Positions 52,026-61,715 of a stretch of DNA of 64,000 nt are shown in pieces. A program made the position numbers and the translations under genes. The DNA is from Candidatus Latescibacterota bacterium (GTDB lineage: Bacteria; Latescibacterota; UBA2968; UBA8231), in the NCBI GenBank assembly GCA_965223905.1, contig CBDCXV010000009.1:288001-352000 (forward strand). The letters run 5' to 3'. A model generated the notes under the pieces. It searched no databases and was not told where the DNA came from. It saw nothing but the letters and a program-made list of their open reading frames with translations. The number at the start of each line of letters is the position of its first letter. Within the stretch, counting starts at the first letter, position 1.

Positions 52026-53072
52026 ATGACCGATCCGACCCCGTTTCTCGATTCCACCGCCGTCGCCGACGACGGCCCCGAGCTGCGCCGGCGCATGCAG
52101 CGCGACGGCTACCTGTTCGTGCGCGGTCTGCTGCCCCCCGATGACCTCGAGCCTCTTAGGCTGAGGTTCCTCGAGATCACCCGCGACGCCGGCTGGGTGG
52201 CGCGCGACCAGCCGCTCGCCGAGGCGGTCGCCGACCTCGACGGCTTCTGCGTCGAGCCGCAGCCGGAGTACATGTCGATCTACGCCGAGATGTACAAGGT
52301 GCAGGAGTTCCACGCCCTCCAGCACCACCCCGCCATCCTCGGCCTGCTGGAGCGCATGTACGGCGAACCCGAAGGTGGGAACGGCAAGGAAGGGCCGGTG
52401 GTGATCCCGCATCCGCGCATCATAGGGCGCACCATGTTTCCTCAGCGCGAGGCCTACACTACCCCGGCTCACCAGGACTTCGTGCCGATTCAGGGCACCG
52501 CCGACACCTGGACCGCCTGGTTCCCCCTGCACGATCTGAAGCCGGAAATGGGCGGCCTTCAGGTCGCCGAAGGGTCGCATACATCCGGGGTGTACGAGTT
52601 TCGCCCCGCCCTCGGAGCGGGTGGATTGGAGATAGTCGACCCGCTCGAGGGACGCTGGCGCAGCAACCCCATGAACCAGGGGGACGTGCTGTTCTTCCAC
52701 AGCCTGTGTGTGCACAAGGGGGTGGCCAACACCGGCCGCAACCTGCGGCAGTCGATCGACGCGCGCTACCAGCGGCTCCGCGACACCATCGAGGAGAAGA
52801 GCCTGGTGCCCCACGTCAGCCCGGTGACCTGGGAGGAGATCTACGCCGGCTGGCCGAACGAAGACTACCAGTACTACTGGAAGGAATGGGACCTGGATTT
52901 CACCGAATACGACTACAGCTACAACCAGGAGCGGGACCGGCTCGCCTTCGAGATGGCCGCAGCCGGCGACGGGCGCGCCCGCTCGGCCCTGCAGCGGATC
53001 GTCGCCCGCGACGCCGACCCGGAAAAGCGGCAGCGGGCCGAAGCGGCCCTGGTCTCTCTGGACGCCTCCTAG
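52026..53072 (+). CDS. PhyH-family dioxygenase
   Basis: DGYLFVRG, AHQD, GDVLFFHSLCVH, RQSID. Confidence 0.85.
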   Translation: MTDPTPFLDSTAVADDGPELRRRMQRDGYLFVRGLLPPDDLEPLRLRFLEITRDAGWVARDQPLAEAVADLDGFCVEPQPEYMSIYAEMYKVQEFHALQHHPAILGLLERMYGEPEGGNGKEGPVVIPHPRIIGRTMFPQREAYTTPAHQDFVPIQGTADTWTAWFPLHDLKPEMGGLQVAEGSHTSGVYEFRPALGAGGLEIVDPLEGRWRSNPMNQGDVLFFHSLCVHKGVANTGRNLRQSIDARYQRLRDTIEEKSLVPHVSPVTWEEIYAGWPNEDYQYYWKEWDLDFTEYDYSYNQERDRLAFEMAAAGDGRARSALQRIVARDADPEKRQRAEAALVSLDAS

Positions 53073-53117
53073 TCTCCACGGGCAGTTACCCGTCGAGATT
53101 ACGAAGGAGGAACGGAT

Positions 53118-53345
53118 ATGAGCCCTGAAGCTGTCGCCATTGTTGGAGTTGGAGTCGCGTTGCTGGCGGTGCTGGTGCCGCTGCTGCTGTCGATAGGCCG
53201 GCGAATCGACCGTATTGAGGACCGCCTTCGGGAACTGGCCCGCGACCTGCGCGCCCTTGCCGAGCGCGTGGCCCGCATCGAAGGCGCCGTGTGCGGCCCC
53301 TGGCGGCCTCCCGAACCCGACCCGGCAGGAGAGAAGCCGGCATGA
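53118..53345 (+). CDS. Small TM + coiled-coil protein
   Basis: N-terminal TM, then RIDRIEDRL...ERVARIEG heptads; strong RBS. Confidence 0.65.
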   Translation: MSPEAVAIVGVGVALLAVLVPLLLSIGRRIDRIEDRLRELARDLRALAERVARIEGAVCGPWRPPEPDPAGEKPA

Positions 53346-53391
53346 GCGGTTTCGGCCTTCGCGGGGGTGACGGCAGGCAGGAGCGAAACAC

Positions 53392-54117
53392 ATGAAACTC
53401 GAAGGCAAGGTGGTCCTGATAACGGGAGGGGGCTCCGGCGCCGGCGCCGGGATCGCCGAGGTATGCGCCCGCGAAGGAGCCCAGGTGGTGGTCACCGGGC
53501 GCACCGCCGGCAAGCTCGAGTCGGTCTGTGCCGGGATCGGCAGGGGCTGCGCCGGCTTCGCCGCCGACGTAATTGACCGCGCCCGCGTCGCCGAGCTCGT
53601 CGACTGGGTAATGTCGCGGTGGGGCCGGATCGACGTGCTCGTCAACAACGCCGGCGTCAACGTGACGGAGCGCAAGCTCGCGGAGATGACCCTCGAAAGC
53701 TGGGATTTCGTCCTCGACACCAACGCCACCGGTGCCTACAACCTCGTGCACGCGGTGCTGCCCCACATGCGCGCCCGCGGCGAGGGGCATATCGTCAGCA
53801 TCTGCTCGACCGCCGGCACCTTCGCCAGCCCGATCGCCGGCATGGCCTACAGCGCCTCCAAGCACGCCATGGCGGTGATGACCAAGTTCATCGACCACGA
53901 GGAGGCCGCCAACGGGGTCAGGGCGACGGTCATCTCCCCCGGGGAGATCAACACCCCCATCCTCGACACCCGGCCGGTCAGGGTCAGCGACGAGCACAAG
54001 GCCCGCATCCTGCAGCCCGAGGACATCGGGGAGGCCGTCCTCTACGCGGTGACGCAGCCTCCCAACGTCTGCGTCACCGAGATGGTCATCAAGCCCCGCG
54101 GACAGGGTCTGATCTGA
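53392..54117 (+). CDS. Short-chain dehydrogenase/reductase
   Basis: TGGGSGAG, NNAG, YSASK. Confidence 0.92.
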   Translation: MKLEGKVVLITGGGSGAGAGIAEVCAREGAQVVVTGRTAGKLESVCAGIGRGCAGFAADVIDRARVAELVDWVMSRWGRIDVLVNNAGVNVTERKLAEMTLESWDFVLDTNATGAYNLVHAVLPHMRARGEGHIVSICSTAGTFASPIAGMAYSASKHAMAVMTKFIDHEEAANGVRATVISPGEINTPILDTRPVRVSDEHKARILQPEDIGEAVLYAVTQPPNVCVTEMVIKPRGQGLI

Positions 54118-54130
54118 CCCGGGCAACCGG

Positions 54131-54646
54131 ATGAAACAGCTCCGCGGCAAGCCCCTGCGCGACTTTCTCCGCCGCACCCGCCGCCCCGGCATCGACCTGG
54201 TTTTCCTCCTTCAGGACATCGAGGACCCGGTGAACGTCGGGGCCGCCTTCCGTATCGCCGACGCCTGCGGGGTCGCCGAGATGATCCTCACCGGGATCAG
54301 CGCCCGCCCGCCGCACCCGCTGATCGCCAAGGTCGGCCGCGGCCGCGACCGAAGGGTCTCCTGGCGCTACGTCGAAACCGCGGTCGAGGCTATCGCCCCG
54401 TACCGCGACGACGGCTGGGACATCTGCGCTCTCGAGATCACCGCCGAGTCGGAGCCCTACTGCGAGGCCGGGTACCGCGACCGGGTGCTGCTGGTCGCCG
54501 GACACGAGGACCACGGGATCACCAACCGCACCCTGTCCGCCTGCGACCGCGCCGTCTACATCCCGATGTACGGAAAGGGATCCTCCCTCAACGTCGGCGT
54601 TTCCCTGGCGATCGCCGCCTCCCACATCCTGCACTCCCGCCGCTGA
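54131..54646 (+). CDS. SpoU/TrmH-family RNA methyltransferase
   Basis: DPVNVGAAFR, GHEDHG, IPMYG..SLNV. Confidence 0.88.
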   Translation: MKQLRGKPLRDFLRRTRRPGIDLVFLLQDIEDPVNVGAAFRIADACGVAEMILTGISARPPHPLIAKVGRGRDRRVSWRYVETAVEAIAPYRDDGWDICALEITAESEPYCEAGYRDRVLLVAGHEDHGITNRTLSACDRAVYIPMYGKGSSLNVGVSLAIAASHILHSRR

Positions 54647-54764
54647 AGGCGGCCCCGGCGGAGACCGGCAGCGGGAGCCCGTGGCGTTGTCCGAGCCGTC
54701 GTGCACAACCTTTACAGATAGTCGGCAACATCGTTTACAGTTTTCCGCGAACGGCTTTTCCCAA

Positions 54765-54913
54765 GCGCCGGGATGGTGAGCTGTCGTTCACCCATGCGAC
54801 CAAGGTGTGCGGGGGTCGAACCGTTGCCGGGGCGGCGCCGCCCGTCCTACCTTCCGGGAATTCCGCGCTTCCGAAGGCCTGCAATGACCTGCTTCGACCT
54901 CGATCCCGCGGCC
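54765..54913 (+). ncRNA. Candidate structured RNA (rod-like; 6S-like possible)
   Basis: 5' and 3' ends pair (gccgggat/atcccgcggc; gtcgtt/aatgac), with a central bubble and terminal stem; judged by eye only. Confidence 0.25.
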
Positions 54914-54987
54914 CCGGCCGCCCCCCGCATGCACAAGCCCGGCGGCAGGGCCACCGGCTGCCTGACCGCAGCCGCTCCTGCCCGCCG

Positions 54988-57900
54988 ATGACCGCGGACG
55001 AGGCCGGCTCGGCTCTCCCCAGCCATTCCCCCGAAACACCCGCACGGGCGTCGACCGACGGGCTCGAGCTGTTCCACCCGCTCGTGGCGCGCTGGTTTCG
55101 CGAGCGTCTCGGCTCGCCGACCGACGTCCAGCGGAAGTCCTGGCCGCGCATCGCCGCGGGCGAGCATCTCCTGATCACGGCTCCCACCGGAAGCGGCAAG
55201 ACCCTGACCGCCTTCCTGTGGGCCCTCGACCGCCTGGTGAGCGGCGAGTGGCAGGCAGGGTCCACCCGCGTCCTCTACGTGTCGCCGCTCAAGGCGCTCA
55301 ACAACGACATCCGCCGCAACCTCCTGCGCCCGCTGTGCGAGCTGCGCGAGACATTCGCCGCGGCCGCGGCTCCCTTCCCCGAGATCCGGGTGCAGACCCG
55401 CAGCGGCGACACCCCGCAGCCGGAGCGGCGCGCCATGCTGCGCCGGCCCCCCGAGATCCTGATCACCACCCCGGAGAGCCTCAACCTGCTGCTGAGCTCG
55501 CGGGGCGGGATCGGCCTGCTCGGAAACGTCGCCACCGTCATTCTCGACGAGGTGCACTCCGTGGTCGGCAACAAGCGGGGGGTGCACGCGATCACCGCGG
55601 TCGAGCGGCTCGTGCCGCTGTGCGGGGAGTTCCAGCGCATCGCCCTGTCGGCGACGGTGAGGCCGCTGCAGACGGTGGCCGGGTTCGTCGGCGGCCTGCG
55701 CGCCGAGGTCGAAGGGGAGGAGGGAGAGCCGCGGCTGCGCCCGCGTCCCGTCGGCATCGTCCAGTCTGCCGACGCCAAGCAGTACGACATCCGCGTCCGC
55801 TTTCCGCGCACCGCCGCCGACGAGCAGGGCGCGGACGCAGAATCGGTCTGGCCGCCGCTGGTCGAGGAGCTCTCCCGCATCATCGCCGGCAACCAGTCGA
55901 CCTTGCTGTTCACCAACAACCGCCGCCTGTGCGAGAAGCTGACCCTGCTCGTCAACGATGGCGGCGAGCGGCCCCTCGCGTACGCCCACCACGGCTCCCT
56001 GTCGCGGGAGATCCGCGAAACCGTCGAGCGCAAGCTCAAGGACGGGGAGCTGCGGGCCATCGTCGCCACCGCCTCGCTCGAGCTGGGGATCGACATCGGC
56101 GCCCTCGACGAGGTCGTCCTCGTGCAGTCCCCCCACTCGATCGCCTCCGGGATTCAGCGCATCGGGCGCGCCGGCCACGACGTCGGCGAGGTCAGCCGCG
56201 GCACCCTCTACCCGACCTATTCCTCCGACTTCATAGAGTCCGCGGTGATGGCCGCGGGGGTTCTGAGCCAGGATATCGAGGAAGTGCGGCCGGTCGACGC
56301 CCCCCTCGACGTCCTGGCCCAGGTCGTCGTTTCGATGGTGGCCCTCGAGCCCCGGGACCTCGACGAGGTCTACGAGGTGGTGCGCTCCTCGTACCCGTAC
56401 CGCGACCTCGGGCGGCGCCAGTTCGATCTCGTCGTCGACATGCTGGCCGGCCGCTACGCCCACACCCGCATACGGGAGCTGCAGCCGAAGCTCTCCGTCG
56501 ACCGCCTCGACAACACCGCCGCCGCCCGCAGGGGGGCGGTTCAGGACCTCTACTTCTCGGGCGGAACCATCCCCGACCGCGGCTACTTCCACCTGCGCGT
56601 CGAGGAGTCCAACGCCCGCATCGGCGAGCTCGACGAGGAGTTCGTGTGGGAGTGCTCGGAGGGGCAGACCTTCACGATGGGCTCGCAGAGTTGGAGCATC
56701 CGGCGCATCACCCACAACGACGTGTTCGTGACCCCGTCGCCGCCGAAGGCCGGGGACCTGCCGTTTTGGAAGGCGGACGGCGGCGGCCGCGATTTCCACT
56801 TCTCCGAGCGCATCGGGCAGTTCCTCGAGATCGCCGACCGCTCCCTCGACGACCCGGGTTTCCCGCACAGGCTGCAGCGCGACCACGCCATGGACGAAAT
56901 CGCGGCGGAGCAGCTGCTCGAGCTGTTGCGGCGGCAGAAGAAGGAGACCGGCTGTTCCCTGCCGCACCGCCGCCACGTCGTCGTCGAGTACGCCGGTGCC
57001 GCGCCCCTCGGCCACGAGGGCAACCAGGTGGTGCTCCACACCTTCTGGGGGGAGCGCGTCAACCGGCCGTTCGCCCTCGCTCTCGACGCGGCGTGGGAAG
57101 AGAGGTTCGGCCAGCGGCTGGAGATCTACCCGGCCAACGACTGCATCGCCATGATGCTGCCCGACGAGGTCGAAGCGGAGGAGCTGCTCTCCCTGGTGTC
57201 GCCGGCGCGGCTCGACGACCACCTGCGCCGGCGCCTGGAGAGCTCCGGCTACTTCGGGGCGCGTTTCCGGGAGTGCTGCGGCCGCGCCCTGCTTCTCAGC
57301 CGCAAGCGCATGAACCAGCGTTTGCCGCTGTGGCTGACGAGGCTGCGCTCCCAGAAGCTGCTCGACGCGGTGCGGCGCTTCGACGACTTCCCGGTCCTGA
57401 TCGAGGCCTGGCGCTCCTGCCTCCAGGACGAGTTCGACATGCCGGCCCTGCACCAGCTGCTCACCGAGCTGGAGTCAGGGGGCATCTCCTGGTCCGCCGC
57501 CCACACCGGGCAGCCGAGCAGCTTCGCCCGGGCCATCTCATGGCGGCTGGTCGACAACTACATGTACCGGGGGGACGAGCCGGCTGCCACGGAGCCCTCG
57601 CGGCTGCGCGGAGATCTTCTGCGCGAAGTCGTATTCAGCGCCGATCTGCGCCCCGCGGTGCCGGCCGCGGTGGTGCGCGGCTTCGTCGAGAAACGGCAGC
57701 GCCTCGCTCCCGGGTACGCCCCCCGGAGCGCCCGCGAGCTCGTCGACTGGGTGGTGGAGCGCCTGCTGATACCGCAGGCGGAGTGGGAGGAGCTGCTCGC
57801 CGCCATCGACCGCGACAGGGGGGTCGACCCCGATGCCGGGGAAGCCGCCGCGGACCTGGTAGCCGCCGCGGGGGACCGCCTTGTGCGCGTCGCTGCCGGC

Positions 57901-59565
57901 GGCGCCGTGCTCATCGCCGCACGCGAGCAGCTGCCCTGGCTCGCCAGGGCCTGGAGCCGGCTGCCGGGAAGCGGCAGCGGCGTCGAGGTGCTCGCCGATG
58001 GCAGTTCCGCCGTCGTTCCGCAGGAAGCCGGCGGCGCCGATGGGGACGGGGACGCCCAAGGGGACGGCGGCCTGACCGGGCTGATCGGGCGCTGGCTTCA
58101 GTTCTACGGCCCCCTCTCTCCTTCGGAAATCGAGCGGATGCTCGGCATCGAACCGGCCCTGTTGCGGCAGGTGCTCGACGATCTCGTCGACTCCGAGGCC
58201 GCGGTTGGCGGCCTGCTGATCGCCGGAGCCGGGACCGAGACCTGGTGCGACGCCGAAAACCTCGAGATCCTGCTGCGCCTGGCCCGGGCGGACGCGGTGC
58301 CGGCGTTCCGGCCGCTGCCGCTTTCGCGGCTGCCGCTGTTTCTCGCCGTGTGGCAGGGGCTGACCGACGCCGAGGCGGACGCCGAGGCCCTGCCGCGGCG
58401 CCTCGAGCAGCTGCTGTGCTACGAAGCAGCGGCCGCGGCGTGGGAGGGCGAGTTCCTTCCCGCCCGCCTGCCCGGGTACTCGACCTCCTGGATCGACGCC
58501 TGCATGCAGGAGAGCTCCCTGCGCTGGGTCGGCCGCGGCAGCGAGAGGGTCGCCCTCTGTTTCGACGCCGACCTCGATCTGCTCCAGGGTCCGGCCGGCC
58601 CCGGTGCAGGGGAGGAGAGCGAAACGGCCGCGGCGGAGGCGGTGGCCGGGCTGTTTCCCGATCCGGCCGGGCGCTACGACTTCGCCACCCTGCAGCGGCT
58701 GACGGGGATCTCCGCGTCCGACCTGGCGGAGCGGCTCTGGTCCGGGGCCTGGGGGGGCCGGGTCACCAACGACAGCTTCAGCGCCCTGCGCAAGGGGATC
58801 GAGACGCGCTTCGAGGTCCCGGAAGTGCGGGCCGCGGCCGGGCGCCGCCCCGGGACCGGAGGGCGTGGGGCCTTTTCCCGCTGGAAGGGGTCGCTGCCGT
58901 TCGCCGGCAACTGGCATCTGCTGCCGGAAGCGGAGCCGGCCGCGGACCCCCTGGAAAGCGAGGAGCGCTGCAAGGAGCGCGTGCGCCTGCTGCTCGACCG
59001 CTACGGCCTGCTGTTCCGCGAGCTGCTGCAGCGGGAATCCGCCCCCTTCCGCTGGCCCGCCCTGTTCCGCTCGCTGCGCCTGATGGAGCTGTCGGGCGAG
59101 ATCCTTTCCGGCTGCTTCTTCGAGGGCATCCCGGGGCCGCAGTTCATCTCGAACCGGGCCTTCCGCAGGCTGCAGCGGGATCTGCCGGAGAAGGAGGTCT
59201 TCTGGATCAACGCCACCGATCCGGCCTCCCTCTGCGGCCTGCCGCTGGAGGAGCTGCGCGTTTCCCCCCTCCCGAGACGGGTCGCCGGCACCCACCTCGT
59301 CTACCACGGCCCCGACCTCGTCGTCGTCTCCGCCCGCCGCGGCAGGGCGCTGACCTTCCGGGTGGATGCCGACTGCGAGGATCTGCTGCGCTATTTCGGC
59401 TTTCTCCACCATCTCCTGACGGCGCCGTTCCGCTCCTCGCGGCGCGTCGTGGTCGAAACCATCGACGGCAGTCCAGCGTCCGGAAGTCCCTACCTCGACG
59501 CCCTGCGCACCTGCTTCGAGGTCCTGCCCGACTACAACGAGGTCGTGATCATGAGCGGCAGGTAG
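54988..59565 (+). CDS. lhr: Lhr-family ATP-dependent helicase (long form)
   Basis: APTGSGKT, SPLKAL, DEVH, SAT, HHGSLS, LELGID, QRIGR; C-terminal LLDRYG...GPQF...ATDPA. Confidence 0.9.
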   Translation: MTADEAGSALPSHSPETPARASTDGLELFHPLVARWFRERLGSPTDVQRKSWPRIAAGEHLLITAPTGSGKTLTAFLWALDRLVSGEWQAGSTRVLYVSPLKALNNDIRRNLLRPLCELRETFAAAAAPFPEIRVQTRSGDTPQPERRAMLRRPPEILITTPESLNLLLSSRGGIGLLGNVATVILDEVHSVVGNKRGVHAITAVERLVPLCGEFQRIALSATVRPLQTVAGFVGGLRAEVEGEEGEPRLRPRPVGIVQSADAKQYDIRVRFPRTAADEQGADAESVWPPLVEELSRIIAGNQSTLLFTNNRRLCEKLTLLVNDGGERPLAYAHHGSLSREIRETVERKLKDGELRAIVATASLELGIDIGALDEVVLVQSPHSIASGIQRIGRAGHDVGEVSRGTLYPTYSSDFIESAVMAAGVLSQDIEEVRPVDAPLDVLAQVVVSMVALEPRDLDEVYEVVRSSYPYRDLGRRQFDLVVDMLAGRYAHTRIRELQPKLSVDRLDNTAAARRGAVQDLYFSGGTIPDRGYFHLRVEESNARIGELDEEFVWECSEGQTFTMGSQSWSIRRITHNDVFVTPSPPKAGDLPFWKADGGGRDFHFSERIGQFLEIADRSLDDPGFPHRLQRDHAMDEIAAEQLLELLRRQKKETGCSLPHRRHVVVEYAGAAPLGHEGNQVVLHTFWGERVNRPFALALDAAWEERFGQRLEIYPANDCIAMMLPDEVEAEELLSLVSPARLDDHLRRRLESSGYFGARFRECCGRALLLSRKRMNQRLPLWLTRLRSQKLLDAVRRFDDFPVLIEAWRSCLQDEFDMPALHQLLTELESGGISWSAAHTGQPSSFARAISWRLVDNYMYRGDEPAATEPSRLRGDLLREVVFSADLRPAVPAAVVRGFVEKRQRLAPGYAPRSARELVDWVVERLLIPQAEWEELLAAIDRDRGVDPDAGEAAADLVAAAGDRLVRVAAGGAVLIAAREQLPWLARAWSRLPGSGSGVEVLADGSSAVVPQEAGGADGDGDAQGDGGLTGLIGRWLQFYGPLSPSEIERMLGIEPALLRQVLDDLVDSEAAVGGLLIAGAGTETWCDAENLEILLRLARADAVPAFRPLPLSRLPLFLAVWQGLTDAEADAEALPRRLEQLLCYEAAAAAWEGEFLPARLPGYSTSWIDACMQESSLRWVGRGSERVALCFDADLDLLQGPAGPGAGEESETAAAEAVAGLFPDPAGRYDFATLQRLTGISASDLAERLWSGAWGGRVTNDSFSALRKGIETRFEVPEVRAAAGRRPGTGGRGAFSRWKGSLPFAGNWHLLPEAEPAADPLESEERCKERVRLLLDRYGLLFRELLQRESAPFRWPALFRSLRLMELSGEILSGCFFEGIPGPQFISNRAFRRLQRDLPEKEVFWINATDPASLCGLPLEELRVSPLPRRVAGTHLVYHGPDLVVVSARRGRALTFRVDADCEDLLRYFGFLHHLLTAPFRSSRRVVVETIDGSPASGSPYLDALRTCFEVLPDYNEVVIMSGR

Positions 59566-59714
59566 CGGGAACGGCCGCTCGTGGGAGGCCGTTTCGGCAG
59601 GCAAAATTGCCGGGCCGCTCCGCCCGCGCTTTCGGTTGGATCGAGGGGGCCGGGAAATTACGTTATGGGCCCAGGGAGCAGCGCGGATTCCGCGCTTTTT
59701 CGAAAGGATCAGCA

Positions 59715-60182
59715 ATGACCGACCTAGTGACGGCAGAGGATATTCTGGCAGGAAAGGGGGGGGACCTCCTCAGCGTCTCGGAGGACGCGACCATCGGGGA
59801 AGCGCTCGAGGTCATGGTCGGGGGCAAGGTGGGATCCATTCTGGTGAGGGAGGGCAGTCGCATCGTCGGCATCTACACGGAACGGGATCTCATGCGCAAC
59901 GCCATCGACGCAGGTTTCGACCCGGGGAAGGCGCGCATCGGGGATCACATGAGCCGCGGCCTCAAGTTCGCCCCCTACACCGACACCGCCTACGAGCTGA
60001 TGGACAAGTTCCTCGGCCTGCGGATCAGGCATCTCCTGATCGACAAGAACGACGAGTTCATCGGGCTGCTGTCGGTCGGAGACGTCATCAAGGCGGCCCT
60101 GCAGGCGCGCACCGACGAGCTGGAGGAGCTCGAGGCGATCGCCAAGTGGGAGTACTACGAGGAGTGGAAGCCCCGCCGCTGA
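59715..60182 (+). CDS. CBS-domain protein
   Basis: VGIYTERD, IRHLLI, GLLSVGD. Confidence 0.85.
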   Translation: MTDLVTAEDILAGKGGDLLSVSEDATIGEALEVMVGGKVGSILVREGSRIVGIYTERDLMRNAIDAGFDPGKARIGDHMSRGLKFAPYTDTAYELMDKFLGLRIRHLLIDKNDEFIGLLSVGDVIKAALQARTDELEELEAIAKWEYYEEWKPRR

Positions 60183-60197
60183 GGCCGGGGCAGCACC

Positions 60198-60818
60198 ATG
60201 CCGAGAATTGAGGTCATCCCGGTCGAGCGCGCGACCGGCGCGCTCAAGACCGAGTACGACAAGGCGATCGGCCGCGCCGGCCGGGTGTGGAACATCGTCG
60301 GCATCATGAGCTGCAATCCCGCGGTCCTGCGGGATTCGATCAAGCTCTACGGCAGCGTGATGCACGGACCGTCGAGGCTGACCCGCAGGCAGCGGGAGAT
60401 GCTGGCCGTCGTCGTCTCGGCGCGCAATCACTGCGTCTACTGAACCCGCTCCCACGCCCACGATCTCCGGGAAGAGATCGCAGCGTCCGATGACATGAGC
60501 GCCGCCGAAGCGGACGCCTTCGTTCACGCGATTGCGCGCGACTGGCGAAGCGCCGGGCTCGGCACGCAGGATCGCGAGTTGTGCGGGTTCGCCGAGCGGC
60601 TCACCGACGATTCGGAGGGGGTGGACGTAGACGGCATCGCTGCCCTGCGCCGCTGCGGCCTCGACGACCGCGCCATCCACGATGCCACGCAGGTAGTGGC
60701 GTACTTCAACTACATCAACCGCGTCGCCTCCGCCCTCGGGGTGGAGCAGGAGACCTTCGCGCGCGCCTGGGAGCAGGCGGATGCCGGGAGCGGCTCGCAA
60801 GGAGAAGGGAAACCATGA
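60198..60818 (+). CDS. AhpD/carboxymuconolactone decarboxylase-like peroxidase-related selenoprotein (UGA at 60441 read as Sec)
   Basis: REMLAVVVSARNHCVY-TGA-TRSH continues in frame into the 60495 ORF; CxxU replaces the family CxxC. Confidence 0.85.
60461..60480 (+). promoter_or_regulatory. Putative bacterial SECIS hairpin
   Basis: cgatctc-cgggaa-gagatcg, a 7-bp stem with G-containing loop starting 17 nt after the UGA. Confidence 0.65.
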
Positions 60819-61564
60819 GCTGGTCGGAAGTGGAGCTCGAGTCCTACCGGGACCGCGGCTACGCCCTGTGCCGCGGCCTTCTGTCTTCTGCTGAGGTGAC
60901 GAATCTGCGGGAGGCGCTGCCGCGGCTGCTGAATGGCGAAGGCGACGGCATGCACCGCGAGCGGGAGCGCGGCGGTGCGGTGCGGCAGGTCTACCTCGCA
61001 CACCGCCATGTCGGTGCGTTCTCCGAGGTTGTCCGCCACCCCGCGATTCTCGAACCGGTGAAACAGATCGTCGGCGGGGACGTGTACGTCTGGCACAGCA
61101 AGCTCAACGTCAAGGAGGCGTTCGAGGGCACCGTATGGCTGTGGCACCAGGACTACGGCTACTGGATGTGGGACGGCGTCGATCCCCGCCTGGTGTCGGC
61201 GATGGTCATCCTCGACAGGGCGACGGCGAACAACGGCTGCATGATGGTGGTCGCCGGCTCTCACAAGTGGGGCCGCCAGGAGCATTTCGCCGACGAGGAG
61301 ACGACGAGCTACAAGCAGTGGTGCATCGATACCGAAACCCTCAAGACCAAGCTGCGCGAGGAGCGGATCGAGCAGATCACCGGCGAACCGGGAGACGTGC
61401 TGTTCTTCGACTGCAATCTCGTGCACGGCTCCGGGCACAACATGTCCCCCCTTCCGCGCAAGGTATTCATCATCGCCTACAACTCCGTCGACAACAGGCC
61501 GCGGCCGGTGGAGAACCCGCGCCCCGACTGGGTGGTGTCGCGCACGTACGACCCTGTTGGATAG
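60815..61564 (+). CDS. PhyH/ectoine hydroxylase-like dioxygenase
   Basis: SKLNVK, WHQDYGYW, GDVLFFDCNLVHGS. Confidence 0.88.
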   Translation: MSWSEVELESYRDRGYALCRGLLSSAEVTNLREALPRLLNGEGDGMHRERERGGAVRQVYLAHRHVGAFSEVVRHPAILEPVKQIVGGDVYVWHSKLNVKEAFEGTVWLWHQDYGYWMWDGVDPRLVSAMVILDRATANNGCMMVVAGSHKWGRQEHFADEETTSYKQWCIDTETLKTKLREERIEQITGEPGDVLFFDCNLVHGSGHNMSPLPRKVFIIAYNSVDNRPRPVENPRPDWVVSRTYDPVG

Positions 61565-61715
61565 GGCGGCGTCGAGAAAAGGGCAGGCCGATTCGAGGTG
61601 AGGCGGCCGCAGGGCAACCGGGAGATCCCGGAATGAGCCCTGTCCGGGCGCGGCAACCTGCGGTTTCTCCGTTCTCGAAATTCCCGATTCAGTTGATGAA
61701 AATGGGGGCACCGAA

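Noticed and set aside
54790-54915. tRNA or tmRNA on the minus strand (GGGGCC start, GGTTCGA motif)
   Set aside because: No cloverleaf, acceptor stem/CCA end or tag reading frame could be built
55218-59714. 1654-aa ORF overlapping lhr
   Set aside because: Arg/Pro/Gly-rich shadow frame typical of high-GC DNA; only its last 155 aa (CBS protein from 59715) are real
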